A model generated the notes under the pieces. The model had not been told where the DNA came from, ran no database searches, and saw nothing but the letters and a program-made list of their open reading frames with translations. 64,000 nt of DNA, taken from positions 10,439 to 74,438 of the forward strand of contig JBBQXQ010000001.1 in the NCBI GenBank assembly GCA_038209515.1. Direction: 5' to 3'. The position numbers and the translations under genes were made by a program. Shown here one piece after another: positions 43,967-54,149 of the stretch. How positions within the stretch are numbered: the stretch's first letter is position 1; each line of letters opens with the position of its first letter. This stretch comes from Gemmatimonadales bacterium (GTDB lineage: Bacteria; Gemmatimonadota; Gemmatimonadetes; Gemmatimonadales; GWC2-71-9).

Positions 43967-44364
43967 CAGCGACACCGCAGTTCCGGTGGCAGGCAGTCGG
44001 CCGGCGCAAGACCAGTGTCGCCCGGGTGTACCTCACCCCCGGCACCGGCAAGTGGGACATCAACGGCCGAACGCTCGGCGACTATTTCCCGAGACCGTCA
44101 CTGGTGCAGCATATCCAGCAATCCTTCACCGCCACGGACACCCTGGGCGCGTTCGACGTCAAGGCGCACGTGAACGGCGGTGGACAGGCGGGACAGGCGG
44201 GCGCCTTGCGGCATGCCATCGCCCGGGCCCTGGTCGAGGCCGATGGTCAGCATCGCCTCAAGCTCCGCGCGGCAGGCCTGATGACCCGCGATCCTCGCGC
44301 GGTGGAGCGCAAGAAGCCCGGCCGGCCGGGCGCGCGGAAGCGGTTCCAGTTCAGTAAGCGGTAG
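43963..44364 (+). CDS. rpsI: 30S ribosomal protein S9
   Basis: ATGA overlap with rplM. GGGQAGQAGALRHAIARAL and C-terminal KKPGRPGARKRFQFSKR. Confidence 0.93.
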   Translation: MTATPQFRWQAVGRRKTSVARVYLTPGTGKWDINGRTLGDYFPRPSLVQHIQQSFTATDTLGAFDVKAHVNGGGQAGQAGALRHAIARALVEADGQHRLKLRAAGLMTRDPRAVERKKPGRPGARKRFQFSKR

Positions 44365-44498
44365 ATCTACGGCGGGGCCGTGACCCCGCTGACCTCGCAC
44401 ATCGCGGGATCCGCCTGTGGGTGCCCCTGCGGGGGTCGCAGCCGGAGATGAACGCGGTGGACGCATAACCCTCAATCGGATCGGAAGTCACTGAACGC

Positions 44499-45398
44499 AT
44501 GGCACAGCCCCGATTGCAGGACCTGCTCGAAGCCGGTGTGCATTTCGGCCACCAGACTCGCCGGTGGAATCCGAAAATGCGGCGCTTCATCTTCGCCGAG
44601 CGCTCGGGCATCTACATTATCGATCTCCAGAAGACCCTCCGGCAGATCACCAAGGCCCAGGAACTTCTCCGGAACGTCGTGCTCAAGGGCGAGGGAGTGC
44701 TCTTCGTCTGCACCAAGAAGCAGCTCAAGGCCATTGTGCAGGCCGAGGCGGAGGCCTGCGCCGCGTACTACGTCACGGAGCGCTGGCTGGGTGGCATGCT
44801 CACGAACTTCCAGACCCTCAAGAAGCAGATTCGCCGGCTTCGGGAGTTGGAGCAGGGCGCGGCCGAGGGCGACTTCGAGAACTACACCAAAAAGGAAAAG
44901 CTGCTCTTCGAGCGGGAGCGGGTAAAGCTCAGCCGGAATCTGGAGGGCATTAAGGGCATGGGCCGGCTGCCGGGCGCGCTGTTCGTGGTGGACGCTAAGA
45001 AGGAGAAGATCGCCGTCGCCGAGGCCAACAAGCTGGGCATTCCCGTGGTGGCCATCGTGGACACCAACGCCGACCCGGACGTGATCACGGTGCCGGTGCC
45101 CGGCAACGACGACGCCATCCGTTCGGTTTCCCTCATCACGGCTGCCCTGTCCGACGTGATCAAGGAAGCGCGAACCCAAATGCCGATGCGTGAGGTCACC
45201 GAGGATCTGGACGCGGAGACCTACAGCACCGACGCGGGGAGCGAAGGCGACGCGGATGCCGATCGCAAGCGCCGTCGGCCCCGCCGGAAGCGGCGGCCGA
45301 AGCCCGAGGCGATCGCAGCCCGGCTCAAGACCGACGCCGATACCGAGGGAGTTGCCGAAGCGGCAGCACCCAGCGCGGCGAGTGACGCTGGCGCGTAA
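44499..45398 (+). CDS. rpsB: 30S ribosomal protein S2 with a ~70-aa charged C-terminal extension
   Basis: LLEAGVHFGHQTRRWNPKM signature. 299 aa. Confidence 0.93.
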   Translation: MAQPRLQDLLEAGVHFGHQTRRWNPKMRRFIFAERSGIYIIDLQKTLRQITKAQELLRNVVLKGEGVLFVCTKKQLKAIVQAEAEACAAYYVTERWLGGMLTNFQTLKKQIRRLRELEQGAAEGDFENYTKKEKLLFERERVKLSRNLEGIKGMGRLPGALFVVDAKKEKIAVAEANKLGIPVVAIVDTNADPDVITVPVPGNDDAIRSVSLITAALSDVIKEARTQMPMREVTEDLDAETYSTDAGSEGDADADRKRRRPRRKRRPKPEAIAARLKTDADTEGVAEAAAPSAASDAGA

Positions 45399-45420
45399 GC
45401 CGCTGAGCCGGAAGCATTCT

Positions 45421-45460
45421 CCGCCGCTCTAGGCCTGTGGGGCCGGGAGCGGCGGCTTTA
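45421..45460 (+). terminator. Hairpin (attenuator/terminator) between rpsB and tsf
   Basis: CCGCCGCTC (45421-45429) / GAGCGGCGG (45447-45455) followed by CTTTA. Confidence 0.45.
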
Positions 45461-45493
45461 CTATTCACCCCTGAGCTGATCGGGTTGGAGATT

Positions 45494-46099
45494 ATGGCAA
45501 GCACGACGATTTCGCCGAAAGACGTAAGCGAGCTGCGGGTCCGCACCGGTGCCGGCATGATGGATTGCAAGCGGGCGCTGGAGGAGTCCAGCGGCGACAT
45601 GGACAAGGCCTCGGAGATCCTGCGCAAGAAGGGGATTGCCAAGGCCGAAAAGCGTACCGGCAAGACGGCCTCCCAGGGGCTGGTGGTGAGCTACATCCAC
45701 CACAACAGCCAGGTGGGGGTGCTCCTGGAGCTCAATTCCGAGACCGACTTCGTGGCCCGCACCGACGACTTTGCCGAGCTGGCGCGAGCGATCGCCATCC
45801 ACATCGCCTCGGCCGATCCGATCGGGGTCAATCCGGAAGACGTGCCCGCCGAGCTGATCGAGCGGGAGCGGCGGATCGCCGAGGAACAGGCGGCCACCGA
45901 GGGCAAGCCGGAGAACATCCGCGCCAAGATCGTGGAGGGCAAGATCAAGAAGTTTGTGGCCGAGCGCAGTCTGCTGGAGCAGCCGTTCGTGCGGGATGAC
46001 AAGAAAACGGTGGGCCAGCTCATCAAGGAAGCCTCCGGAAAGCTGGGCGAGGCAATCTCGGTCCGGCGCTTTGCGCGGTTCAGAATCGGAGAAGTTTGA
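45494..46099 (+). CDS. tsf: Elongation factor Ts (short form, ~201 aa)
   Basis: ATG at 45494 after [26 protein letters not shown]-like N-terminus. Confidence 0.9.
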   Translation: MASTTISPKDVSELRVRTGAGMMDCKRALEESSGDMDKASEILRKKGIAKAEKRTGKTASQGLVVSYIHHNSQVGVLLELNSETDFVARTDDFAELARAIAIHIASADPIGVNPEDVPAELIERERRIAEEQAATEGKPENIRAKIVEGKIKKFVAERSLLEQPFVRDDKKTVGQLIKEASGKLGEAISVRRFARFRIGEV

Positions 46100-46812
46100 T
46101 GGCTCTCGCCTACACCCGCGCTCTGCTCAAGATCTCGGGCGAGGCGCTGGGAGGCGAGAAGGGCTTCGGACTCGATTTCCAGACGGTCGAGGCCTTTGCC
46201 AAGGAAGTGAAGGCGGTGCACGCCCTCGGTGTGCACCTCGCTCTCGTGGTGGGCGGGGGGAATATCATTCGGGGCACGGCGGCCAGTCAGGAGGGGATTG
46301 ACCGCGTGTCGGCGGACTACATGGGCATGCTGGGCACGGTCATCAACGCGCTCGCGTTGCAGGATGTGCTGGAGAAGATCGGGGTCAACACCCGGGTGAT
46401 GACCGCCATCCGCATGGAATCGGTGGCCGAGCCCTACATCCGCCGCCGCGCCATCCGCCACCTGGAGAAAGGGCGGCTCATCATCTTTGCCGCGGGCACC
46501 GGCAATCCGTTCTTCTCGACCGACACCGCCGGCGTGCTGCGAGCGCTCGAGATCGAGGCTCAGGTGATCCTCAAGGCCACCAACGTGGACGGGATCTACA
46601 CTAACGATCCCAAGAAGGACCCCAAAGCCACCCTCCTCCGGCAGGTCACCTACCAGGACGCAATCGTCAAGAACTACGCGGTCATGGACGCCAACGCCTT
46701 CGGGCTCTGTAAGGCCAATCAGCTTCCCATTGTGGTCTTCAACATCAACCAGCCCGGCGCAATCAAGCGCGTGCTTGAAGGCGATCCGGACGTGGGGACC
46801 ATCGTCCGATGA
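46099..46812 (+). CDS. pyrH: UMP kinase
   Basis: [21 protein letters not shown] and [18 protein letters not shown] at 46099 overlaps the tsf stop by 1 nt (TTG at 46096 also possible). Confidence 0.92.
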   Translation: MALAYTRALLKISGEALGGEKGFGLDFQTVEAFAKEVKAVHALGVHLALVVGGGNIIRGTAASQEGIDRVSADYMGMLGTVINALALQDVLEKIGVNTRVMTAIRMESVAEPYIRRRAIRHLEKGRLIIFAAGTGNPFFSTDTAGVLRALEIEAQVILKATNVDGIYTNDPKKDPKATLLRQVTYQDAIVKNYAVMDANAFGLCKANQLPIVVFNINQPGAIKRVLEGDPDVGTIVR

Positions 46813-47363
46813 GCACCATCCCCGAACTGACGAAGCATGCCCGGGATCTGATGCACAAGGCGGTCGAGAGTACCAAGCGCGAGTTCAGCTCCATCCGAAG
46901 CGGTAAGGCCAGCACGTCGCTCCTGGATATCGTGCGGGTGGAGGCGTACGGCGGCCACGTTCCGCTCAATCAGGTGGCGATGGTGGCAGCCCCTGAGCCC
47001 CGGCTGCTGACTGTGCAGCCCTTCGACAAGTCTCTCGCCCAGGCGATCGAGAAGGCCATCCGCGATTCGGATTTGGGCCTCAACCCCGCGACCCAAGGGA
47101 ACCTCATCCGGGTGCCGCTGCCGGCCCTCTCCGAGGAGCGGCGCAAAGACCTGGTCAAGGTGGTGCACAAGCTGGGCGAGGAAGGCCGTATTGCGGTGAG
47201 ACACGCGCGGACCGACACGCTCTCCAAGGTCAAGAAGCTCGAGAAGATCTCCGAGGACGACAAGCGACACGCCGAGAAGGAAGTCCAGAAGCTCACCGAC
47301 GAGCACATCAAACAGATCGAAGCGCTCATCCACGCGAAAGAAGCGGAAATCCTGGAAGTCTGA
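46809..47363 (+). CDS. frr: Ribosome recycling factor
   Basis: ATGA overlap. [12 protein letters not shown] and [15 protein letters not shown]. Confidence 0.92.
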   Translation: MSTIPELTKHARDLMHKAVESTKREFSSIRSGKASTSLLDIVRVEAYGGHVPLNQVAMVAAPEPRLLTVQPFDKSLAQAIEKAIRDSDLGLNPATQGNLIRVPLPALSEERRKDLVKVVHKLGEEGRIAVRHARTDTLSKVKKLEKISEDDKRHAEKEVQKLTDEHIKQIEALIHAKEAEILEV

Positions 47364-47367
47364 GCGG

Positions 47368-48111
47368 ATGAGCAACGACCTGCTTCAGCGCGTTCGAGTC
47401 CATGGGGCCGTACCCGCCCACATCGCGATCATCATGGATGGGAATGGGCGTTGGGCCAAGGGTCGCTCACTTCCCCGGCCCCTGGGGCACCACGCCGGGA
47501 TGAAAGCCGTGCGGGAGGTGGTGGAGGGGTGCCTCGAGGCCGGCGTGGGCGTGCTGACGCTGTTCGCGTTCAGCCAGGAGAACTGGCAGCGGCCCGCCGG
47601 CGAGATCGAGGCGCTGATGAAGCTGCTCGAGGAGTACATTGCCAAGGAAGCGAATGATCTCCGAAGCCAGGGAGTGTCGGTCCGGATCCTGGGTCATCTG
47701 GAGCGCCTCGGGCCGGGCGCTCGCCGCGCCGTCGAGCGGATCATGGCCGAAACGGCCGGAGGCCGGGCGCTGGCTCTCAACCTCTGCATCTCCTACAGCG
47801 CGCGGGCGGAGATTGCCCGGGCCGCACGGCTCCTGGCCGAGTCGGCCGCGGCTGGGCAGCTCGATCCGAAGGACATCGACGAGGGCGCTGTCGGACGGAT
47901 GCTCTACACCGCCGAATGGCCCGACCCCGATCTCCTGATCCGCACGTCCGGCGAGATGCGCATCTCCAACTTCCTGCTGTGGCAGCTCGCCTACGCAGAG
48001 CTCTACGTCACTCCAGTGCTATGGCCGGATTTCACCCGTCGCCATCTGTTCGAGGCAATCCTGGAGTTTCAGCGGCGCGAGCGCCGCTTCGGACGCGTCG
48101 AAGCCGGATGA
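47368..48111 (+). CDS. uppS: Undecaprenyl diphosphate synthase (cis-prenyltransferase)
   Basis: HIAIIMDGNGRWA, LFAFSQENWQRP and RTSGEMRISNFLLWQLAYAE. Confidence 0.92.
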   Translation: MSNDLLQRVRVHGAVPAHIAIIMDGNGRWAKGRSLPRPLGHHAGMKAVREVVEGCLEAGVGVLTLFAFSQENWQRPAGEIEALMKLLEEYIAKEANDLRSQGVSVRILGHLERLGPGARRAVERIMAETAGGRALALNLCISYSARAEIARAARLLAESAAAGQLDPKDIDEGAVGRMLYTAEWPDPDLLIRTSGEMRISNFLLWQLAYAELYVTPVLWPDFTRRHLFEAILEFQRRERRFGRVEAG

Positions 48112-48980
48112 GCATGGATTCGAATCTGGTCCGCCGAGTCGGGTTCGCGGTCATTGCGATCCCCCTCGCGCTTGCCGTAGTGTGGTATGGCGGTCTGCCG
48201 CTTACGCTCTTGCTTGCGGCGACGGGCGCGCTCGGAGCCCGCGAGCTGTTCGATCTGGCTGCCCGCCAGGGCATTCGCGCGATGCGCTCCTTCGGTCTGG
48301 TCAGCGCTGCCGCGCTCGCCCCGATCACCTACGCCGTCCTGGTCGCAGCCAATTTTCGCGCGACTATGCTCGCGGCATGGCCTTATGTCGCGGCGATCTG
48401 GCTCGTCGTCTTGCTCACACTGGTGCTGGCGACCAGGTCCCCGGCAGACAAGCCACTGTCCGCCGCCGCCGTCACGCTGCTGGCGGTTGCCTATACCAGC
48501 GCGCTGCCGGCGTTCCTCATCGCCATTCGTCACAACCGCTATCCGGAGCGATCCTGGGCCGGCGCCTGGTTAGTGTTCTTTCCGCTCGTGGTGACGTGGG
48601 TATGTGATACCGCGGCGATGTTCGGCGGCCGGACCTTTGGCGGGCCCAAGCTCGCGCCGACCGTGAGCCCGGGAAAGACCTGGTCGGGCAGTACAGCCGG
48701 GTTGGTGGGAGGGACGCTGATGGCTCCCCTATTCGGTTCTCTCATCCTGCCCCGGGTCGGACTCGAAGTGCCGCTCTGGCAACTCGTGGTCATCGCGGGG
48801 GTGTTGACCATCATCGGTCAACTCGGCGATCTGGCCGAGTCGCTATTCAAGCGTGAAGCTGGAGTGAAGGATTCGAGCCATTTGATCCCGGGTCACGGCG
48901 GAGTGCTCGACCGCTTCGATTCCCTCTATTTCGTGGTTCCCACGGCTGCGGCGCTGTACCGCTGGTTTGGAGTCATCTGA
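48108..48980 (+). CDS. cdsA: Phosphatidate cytidylyltransferase
   Basis: ATG at 48108 overlaps the uppS stop (ATGA). Multi-TM protein with C-terminal signature GDLAESLFKREAGVKDSSHLIPGHGGVLDRFDS. Confidence 0.88.
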   Translation: MSMDSNLVRRVGFAVIAIPLALAVVWYGGLPLTLLLAATGALGARELFDLAARQGIRAMRSFGLVSAAALAPITYAVLVAANFRATMLAAWPYVAAIWLVVLLTLVLATRSPADKPLSAAAVTLLAVAYTSALPAFLIAIRHNRYPERSWAGAWLVFFPLVVTWVCDTAAMFGGRTFGGPKLAPTVSPGKTWSGSTAGLVGGTLMAPLFGSLILPRVGLEVPLWQLVVIAGVLTIIGQLGDLAESLFKREAGVKDSSHLIPGHGGVLDRFDSLYFVVPTAAALYRWFGVI

Positions 48981-50167
48981 TGAGCGTAGCGCGGACCCAG
49001 TCCCGAGCCCAGGCTTCCGCTCCGAGCGAAGCCGTGCCTCGAGTTCAGCGGGGAGTGGCCCTGCTGGGGTCCACCGGCTCCATCGGCCGCAGCACCCTCG
49101 ACGTGCTGCGCCGACAAGGCGAGCACTTCCGCCTGGTGGCCCTGACGGCGGGGCGGAACCACGACGAGCTGGAGAGCCAGGTGGCTGAATGGCATCCGTC
49201 CTACGCCGGCCTTGCCGGCATCGCCGGTGACGCGAGGTGGCCTACCGGCCCCGAGGTCCTGGTGGAGGCGGCCACCCACCCCGATGCCGACATCGTCGTG
49301 AATGCGGTGGTGGGAGCCGCGGGGCTCGAGGCCACGCTTGCAGCGCTCCGGGCAGGCAAGCGGGTCGCACTGGCCAACAAGGAGACCCTGGTGATGGCCG
49401 GCGACCTGGTGGCTCAGGCGGCCTGCGCCGGCGGCGGCGAGATCGTGCCGATCGATTCGGAGCACAGCGCCGTACTCCAGTGCATCACCGGCCGGAGCGA
49501 CGACAGTCTGGCGCGCCTCATCCTGACCGCTTCGGGCGGGCCGTTCCGCGAATGGCCTGCCGAGCGAGTCTGGCACGCCACTGTCGAGGAAGCACTGAGG
49601 CACCCGACCTGGCAAATGGGCCATAAGATAACGGTGGACTGCGCCACACTTGCGAACAAGGCCCTCGAGCTGATCGAGGCGCATTACCTCTTCCGGCTGC
49701 CCTACGAGGCGCTCGAGGTGGTAGTCCATCCGCAAAGCGTCGTCCATGCATTCGTGGAGTTCTGCGACGGAAGCGTGTTGTCTCAGCTCGGCTTCCCCAG
49801 CATGGAGCTGCCGATCCTGTATGCCCTCTCCCACCCGGAGCGGCTCCCCGATACTGGCGTGCGGCGCTTCGACCCGGTGGCTGCGGGTCCGCTCACCTTC
49901 GAGCCGGTCCGGACAGACGTATTTCGCGCTCTGGGCTGCGGGATTGCCGCCGGTCGGGCCGGCGGAACGGCCCCAGCGGTGTTCAACGCCGCCAACGAGG
50001 TGGCGGTCGCCGGCTTTCTGAGCGGTGCGATTCCGTTCGGCCGGATCAGCGAGACCATCGAGCGAGTGCTCGATGCGCATACGCCGTCAGCCGCCGGCTC
50101 GGTCGAGTCCGTCCGGGCTGCCGACGGCTGGGCCCGCAAGCAGGCCGAGCAGAGTGTGAGGCAATAG
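48980..50167 (+). CDS. dxr: 1-deoxy-D-xylulose-5-phosphate reductoisomerase
   Basis: LLGSTGSIGRSTLDV, LANKETLV, IDSEHSA and NKALELIEA. Confidence 0.93.
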   Translation: MSVARTQSRAQASAPSEAVPRVQRGVALLGSTGSIGRSTLDVLRRQGEHFRLVALTAGRNHDELESQVAEWHPSYAGLAGIAGDARWPTGPEVLVEAATHPDADIVVNAVVGAAGLEATLAALRAGKRVALANKETLVMAGDLVAQAACAGGGEIVPIDSEHSAVLQCITGRSDDSLARLILTASGGPFREWPAERVWHATVEEALRHPTWQMGHKITVDCATLANKALELIEAHYLFRLPYEALEVVVHPQSVVHAFVEFCDGSVLSQLGFPSMELPILYALSHPERLPDTGVRRFDPVAAGPLTFEPVRTDVFRALGCGIAAGRAGGTAPAVFNAANEVAVAGFLSGAIPFGRISETIERVLDAHTPSAAGSVESVRAADGWARKQAEQSVRQ

Positions 50168-51531
50168 TGCCGTTCACGATATTAGCGCTCGTCGTCGTAC
50201 TCGGTGTCCTCATCTTTGTCCATGAGGCCGGGCATTTCATTGCCGCCAAATGGGCCGGGATTTACGTCCATCGCTTCTCTCTCGGCCTCGGTGCACCGAT
50301 TCCCTGGCTGACTTTCCGCCGGGGGGAGACCGAGTACTCGATTTCCTGGCTGCCACTCGGTGGCTACGTGAAGATGGCCAGCCGGGAGGAGGATATCGGC
50401 AGCAGTGCGCTGGAGGGAGGCGCTCCGTCGCAGCCCGTGCCGCCGGACCGGGTCTTCGAGGCGAAGCCGATCTGGAAACGCATGGTAGTCATTCTCGCGG
50501 GCGTCACCATGAACGCCCTGTTCGCCTGGGCCGTGTTCGCGTTTCTCGCCTACAAGAACGGGCGCCAGGTCGATCCAGTCACCACCGTGGGCCGGGTGGT
50601 GGAAGAGCTGGTTCCGCCGGAAGCCGCGGCGCTGAAGGAGATCCGGCCGGGCGCGCGCATCATCCGTGTCAACGGCGACTCAGCAAAGACCTGGGATCAG
50701 GTGGTCTCGACCATCGCCAACACGCCCGACCCGGACGTCCGAATCGAGCTGGCGGATGGATCTGTGCTGGTCCTGCCGATCCATCCCGATGCGTTGGAGG
50801 AACGACTGAAGGCGGCGCAGTCGCTTCAGCCCTTCCGGGCACCGGTCGTGGGTCAGGTGCTGCCTGATAAGCCCGCCGCTCGTGCCGGAATCCAGGAGGG
50901 CGACACCATCGTGGCGGTGAACGGCCGCCGGGTGGAGCAGTGGTACGATCTGCTCGAGGTGCTCCAGTCCAGCCCCGGGCGCGACCTGACGATCGATGTT
51001 GCGCGTGGGGTCCAGCGTTTGAGCTTCAAGCTCCGGCCGTACGTGGACACGATCCCGGGGCCCGATGGCAAGCCACGGGTGGTGGGACGGATTGGAGTGG
51101 GTGTCGGCCCCGCGCTCGCCTCCGAAAAACTCGGCCTGGGCCAAGCCATCGCCGAAGGTGGCAACGCCACCCTCAAGGCGTCCACCCAGATCGTTCGAAC
51201 GGTACGGGGGCTCTTCAGCGGGCGGATCTCGGGGCGAACGGTCGGCGGACCCATTCTGATCGGCCAACTGGCCGGACAGAGCGCGCGACTGGGGCTGGAT
51301 ACCTTCCTCGGCTTCATGGCCCTGATCTCGATCAACCTGGCGATCCTGAACCTGCTGCCGGTGCCGGTCCTCGATGGGGGGCAGTTCCTCTTTCTTCTGG
51401 CCGAGGCCGTCATCCGCCGCCCGCTGCCGGTCAAGCTGCGGGACCGGCTGACCACGGTCGGCCTGGTGCTCATCGTGCTGCTGATGGGGCTCGCATTCTC
51501 CAACGACCTGAGGCGGATATTTGGGGGATAG
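50167..51531 (+). CDS. rseP: RIP (site-2) zinc metalloprotease, M50 family
   Basis: HEAGHF in the first TM helix, PDZ region, and C-terminal NLLPVPVLDGG. Confidence 0.9.
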   Translation: MPFTILALVVVLGVLIFVHEAGHFIAAKWAGIYVHRFSLGLGAPIPWLTFRRGETEYSISWLPLGGYVKMASREEDIGSSALEGGAPSQPVPPDRVFEAKPIWKRMVVILAGVTMNALFAWAVFAFLAYKNGRQVDPVTTVGRVVEELVPPEAAALKEIRPGARIIRVNGDSAKTWDQVVSTIANTPDPDVRIELADGSVLVLPIHPDALEERLKAAQSLQPFRAPVVGQVLPDKPAARAGIQEGDTIVAVNGRRVEQWYDLLEVLQSSPGRDLTIDVARGVQRLSFKLRPYVDTIPGPDGKPRVVGRIGVGVGPALASEKLGLGQAIAEGGNATLKASTQIVRTVRGLFSGRISGRTVGGPILIGQLAGQSARLGLDTFLGFMALISINLAILNLLPVPVLDGGQFLFLLAEAVIRRPLPVKLRDRLTTVGLVLIVLLMGLAFSNDLRRIFGG

Positions 51532-51621
51532 CCAGACTTGCTTCGAGTCACCCTCCTGGCTTATTTTCCCGTGCTACAACGGATTACGACGCGCGACATT
51601 GTACCAGAGGATGCCAGCAGC

Positions 51622-51882
51622 ATGAGCTTTGACAAGCAAAGTGTGGTGGTCCAACACCGGGCCCACGAGACTGACACAGGATCGACCAAGGTGCAGGTGG
51701 CTCTGCTCACCGAGCGGATCAATTCGCTCACGGACCACTTCCGGACCCACTTGAAGGACCACCACAGCCGCCGCGGTCTGCTCAAGATGGTCGGGACCCG
51801 CCGCCGGTTGCTCACCTATCTGAAGCGAAGCGACCTGGCCACCTACCGAGCGCTCATCGAGCAGCTTGGCCTCCGCCACTAG
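51622..51882 (+). CDS. rpsO: 30S ribosomal protein S15
   Basis: ATG at 51622. [22 protein letters not shown]...[20 protein letters not shown]. Confidence 0.92.
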   Translation: MSFDKQSVVVQHRAHETDTGSTKVQVALLTERINSLTDHFRTHLKDHHSRRGLLKMVGTRRRLLTYLKRSDLATYRALIEQLGLRH

Positions 51883-51899
51883 GCATCGCGCGTGACAGG

Positions 51900-51940
51900 G
51901 GGCGTCCTGATCGGTGAATCGGGACGCCCTCTCTGTCTTG
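51900..51940 (+). terminator. rpsO terminator hairpin
   Basis: GGGCGTCC (51900-51907) / GGACGCCC (51922-51929) followed by TCTCTGTCTT. Confidence 0.6.
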
Positions 51941-51942
51941 AA

Positions 51943-51990
51943 GGGTCAAGGGTCAACCACTGACGGTGACCACTCACGAGGCCTTGACCC
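51943..51990 (+). promoter_or_regulatory. Long hairpin in the pnp leader
   Basis: GGGTCAAGG (51943-51951) / CCTTGACCC (51982-51990), with further inner pairing GGTCA/TGACC. Confidence 0.45.
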
Positions 51991-52050
51991 TGGACTCCAG
52001 ACCCTAGACTTGCATCAAAGACGCCATCCACAGAGAGAGAGAGAAAAGAA

Positions 52051-54141
52051 GTGACCGCACAACGAATCGAAACCCAGTTCGCCGGACGCCCGCTGATGCT
52101 CGAGACGGGCCGACTGGCAAGGCAGGCCGCTGGTTCCGCCATCGTCCGCTATGGCGATACGATGGTGCTCGCAGCAGTAACCGTTTCCACCAACGTCTCC
52201 ACCCTCCCGTTCTTTCCCCTTACCGTCGAATACCGCGAGAAGACCTATGCCGCCGGAAAAATCCCGGGCGGGTTCCTCAAGCGGGAAGGCCGGCCATCGG
52301 ACAAGGAAATTCTGGCCAGCCGGCTGATCGACCGGTCCATCCGGCCGCTCTTTCCGGAGGGGTTCAAGAATGAGGTGCAGGTGTTCGCCACCGTGCTGTC
52401 GGCGGACCAGGAAAACGATGCCGACGTTCTGGGCGTGGTTGCGGCCGCCAGTGCGCTCGGCCTCTCGACGGTGCCCTGGAACGGCCCGCTGGCGGCGGTA
52501 CGAGTCGGCCGGGTGGAGGGCAACTGGATTTTGAATCCCACCTTCCAACAGCTCGAGTTCTCCAGCGTCGATGTGGTGGTGAGCGGATCGGCGGACTCGA
52601 TCGTGATGGTCGAGGGCGGCTCGCTCGAAATCTCCGAGGCCGAGATCATCGAGGCATTGAAGGTGGCGCAGAAGGGAATTCGCGAGCTTCTCGGCCTCCA
52701 GAAGCGGTTGATCGACCAGGCCGGCCCGGTTCAGAAGATCAAGTGGACCAAGGCCGAGCCCGATCCGGTGTTGCTCGCCAGGGTGCGGCAGCTTGCCGAA
52801 GAGGCCATGGCTCAGGCTATCAACGCTAAGGACAAAGCGAATCGCTCGTCCAACGTAAAGGCGGTCAAGGACCAGATTCTTCAAACTCTGCTCCTCGAGC
52901 ATACGGAGCGGGGACGTGATATCAGCGAGGAGCTGGAGGAAATCGAGTACCGCGTCATGCGGAAGCAAGTCCTGGAGCGCTCCGAGCGGGTCGATGGCCG
53001 GGACCTCGACACCATCCGGCCGATCTCGGTCGAGACCGGCGTGCTACCCCGCACCCATGGGTCGGCGCTGTTCACCAGGGGCCAGACACAGGCGCTGGTT
53101 GCGGCGACGCTTGGTACCAGTGACGACGAGCAGCGGATCGACAGCATCGACGTGGCCGGTGAGACGACCAAGTCGTTCATGCTGCACTATAACTTCCCGC
53201 CGTACGCCACCGGCGAGGTCAAGATGATGCGGGGCACCAGCCGCCGGGAGATCGGTCACGGTGCTTTGGCCGAGCGGGCATTGCAGCCGCTGCTTCCCCA
53301 CTATGACGACTTCCCCTACACCCTGCGCATCGTCTCCGAAATCCTGGAGTCGAACGGCTCGTCTTCTATGGCCACGGTCTGCGGCGGCTCGCTGGCCCTG
53401 ATGGATGCGGGCGTGCCGATCAAGGCAGCCTGTGCCGGTGTCGCGATGGGCTTGATCAAGGAAGGCGACAAGGTGGCGATCCTCACCGACATTCTCGGCT
53501 CAGAGGACCACCTGGGCGACATGGACTTCAAGGTAGCCGGCACGGAGAAGGGGATCACCTCGATCCAGATGGACATCAAGATCCTGGGGCTCGAGCTCAA
53601 GATCATGGAGCAGGCGCTGGAGCGGGCCCGAAAGGGTCGTCTGCACATCCTCCAGGAGATGGCCAAGGCGTTGCCGTCGCCTCGCACCGAGCTGTCGAAG
53701 TACGCGCCCCGCATCTTCACGATGCAAATCAAGCCCGACAAGATCGGCGACGTCATCGGTCCGAAGGGCAAGACCATCCGCGGCATTCAGGATGCGACGG
53801 GCGCCAAGATCAGCATCGAGGACACCGGAATCGTCACGATCTCCGCCGTGGGCGGCGAGGCCGGCGAGAAAGCGCGCGCCATGGTCGCCGCGATCACCAC
53901 GGAGCCTGAAGTCGGCCGGACGTACGAGGGTCCGGTTAAGAGCACCACCGCCTTCGGGGCGTTCGTCGAAATTCTGCCCGGCGTAGAAGGACTGCTCCAC
54001 ATCAGCGAGCTGCAGCACGGCCGCACCGAGAAGACCGAGGATGTGGTCAAGAAGGGCGATATCGTTCAAGTCAAACTGCTCGAGGTGGACGACCGCGGCC
54101 GCATGAAGCTCTCCCGGAAGGCGCTGCTACCCAAGAGCTAG
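52051..54141 (+). CDS. pnp: Polyribonucleotide nucleotidyltransferase (PNPase)
   Basis: GTG start. Two RNase PH domains (ILGSEDHLGDMDFKVAGT), then KH and S1 domains. 696 aa. Confidence 0.95.
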   Translation: MTAQRIETQFAGRPLMLETGRLARQAAGSAIVRYGDTMVLAAVTVSTNVSTLPFFPLTVEYREKTYAAGKIPGGFLKREGRPSDKEILASRLIDRSIRPLFPEGFKNEVQVFATVLSADQENDADVLGVVAAASALGLSTVPWNGPLAAVRVGRVEGNWILNPTFQQLEFSSVDVVVSGSADSIVMVEGGSLEISEAEIIEALKVAQKGIRELLGLQKRLIDQAGPVQKIKWTKAEPDPVLLARVRQLAEEAMAQAINAKDKANRSSNVKAVKDQILQTLLLEHTERGRDISEELEEIEYRVMRKQVLERSERVDGRDLDTIRPISVETGVLPRTHGSALFTRGQTQALVAATLGTSDDEQRIDSIDVAGETTKSFMLHYNFPPYATGEVKMMRGTSRREIGHGALAERALQPLLPHYDDFPYTLRIVSEILESNGSSSMATVCGGSLALMDAGVPIKAACAGVAMGLIKEGDKVAILTDILGSEDHLGDMDFKVAGTEKGITSIQMDIKILGLELKIMEQALERARKGRLHILQEMAKALPSPRTELSKYAPRIFTMQIKPDKIGDVIGPKGKTIRGIQDATGAKISIEDTGIVTISAVGGEAGEKARAMVAAITTEPEVGRTYEGPVKSTTAFGAFVEILPGVEGLLHISELQHGRTEKTEDVVKKGDIVQVKLLEVDDRGRMKLSRKALLPKS

Positions 54142-54149
54142 TCGCCCTC

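Noticed and set aside
48926-50080. 384-aa minus-strand ORF antisense to dxr
   Set aside because: It is a shadow ORF. The dxr frame has canonical motifs and is translationally linked to cdsA and rseP.
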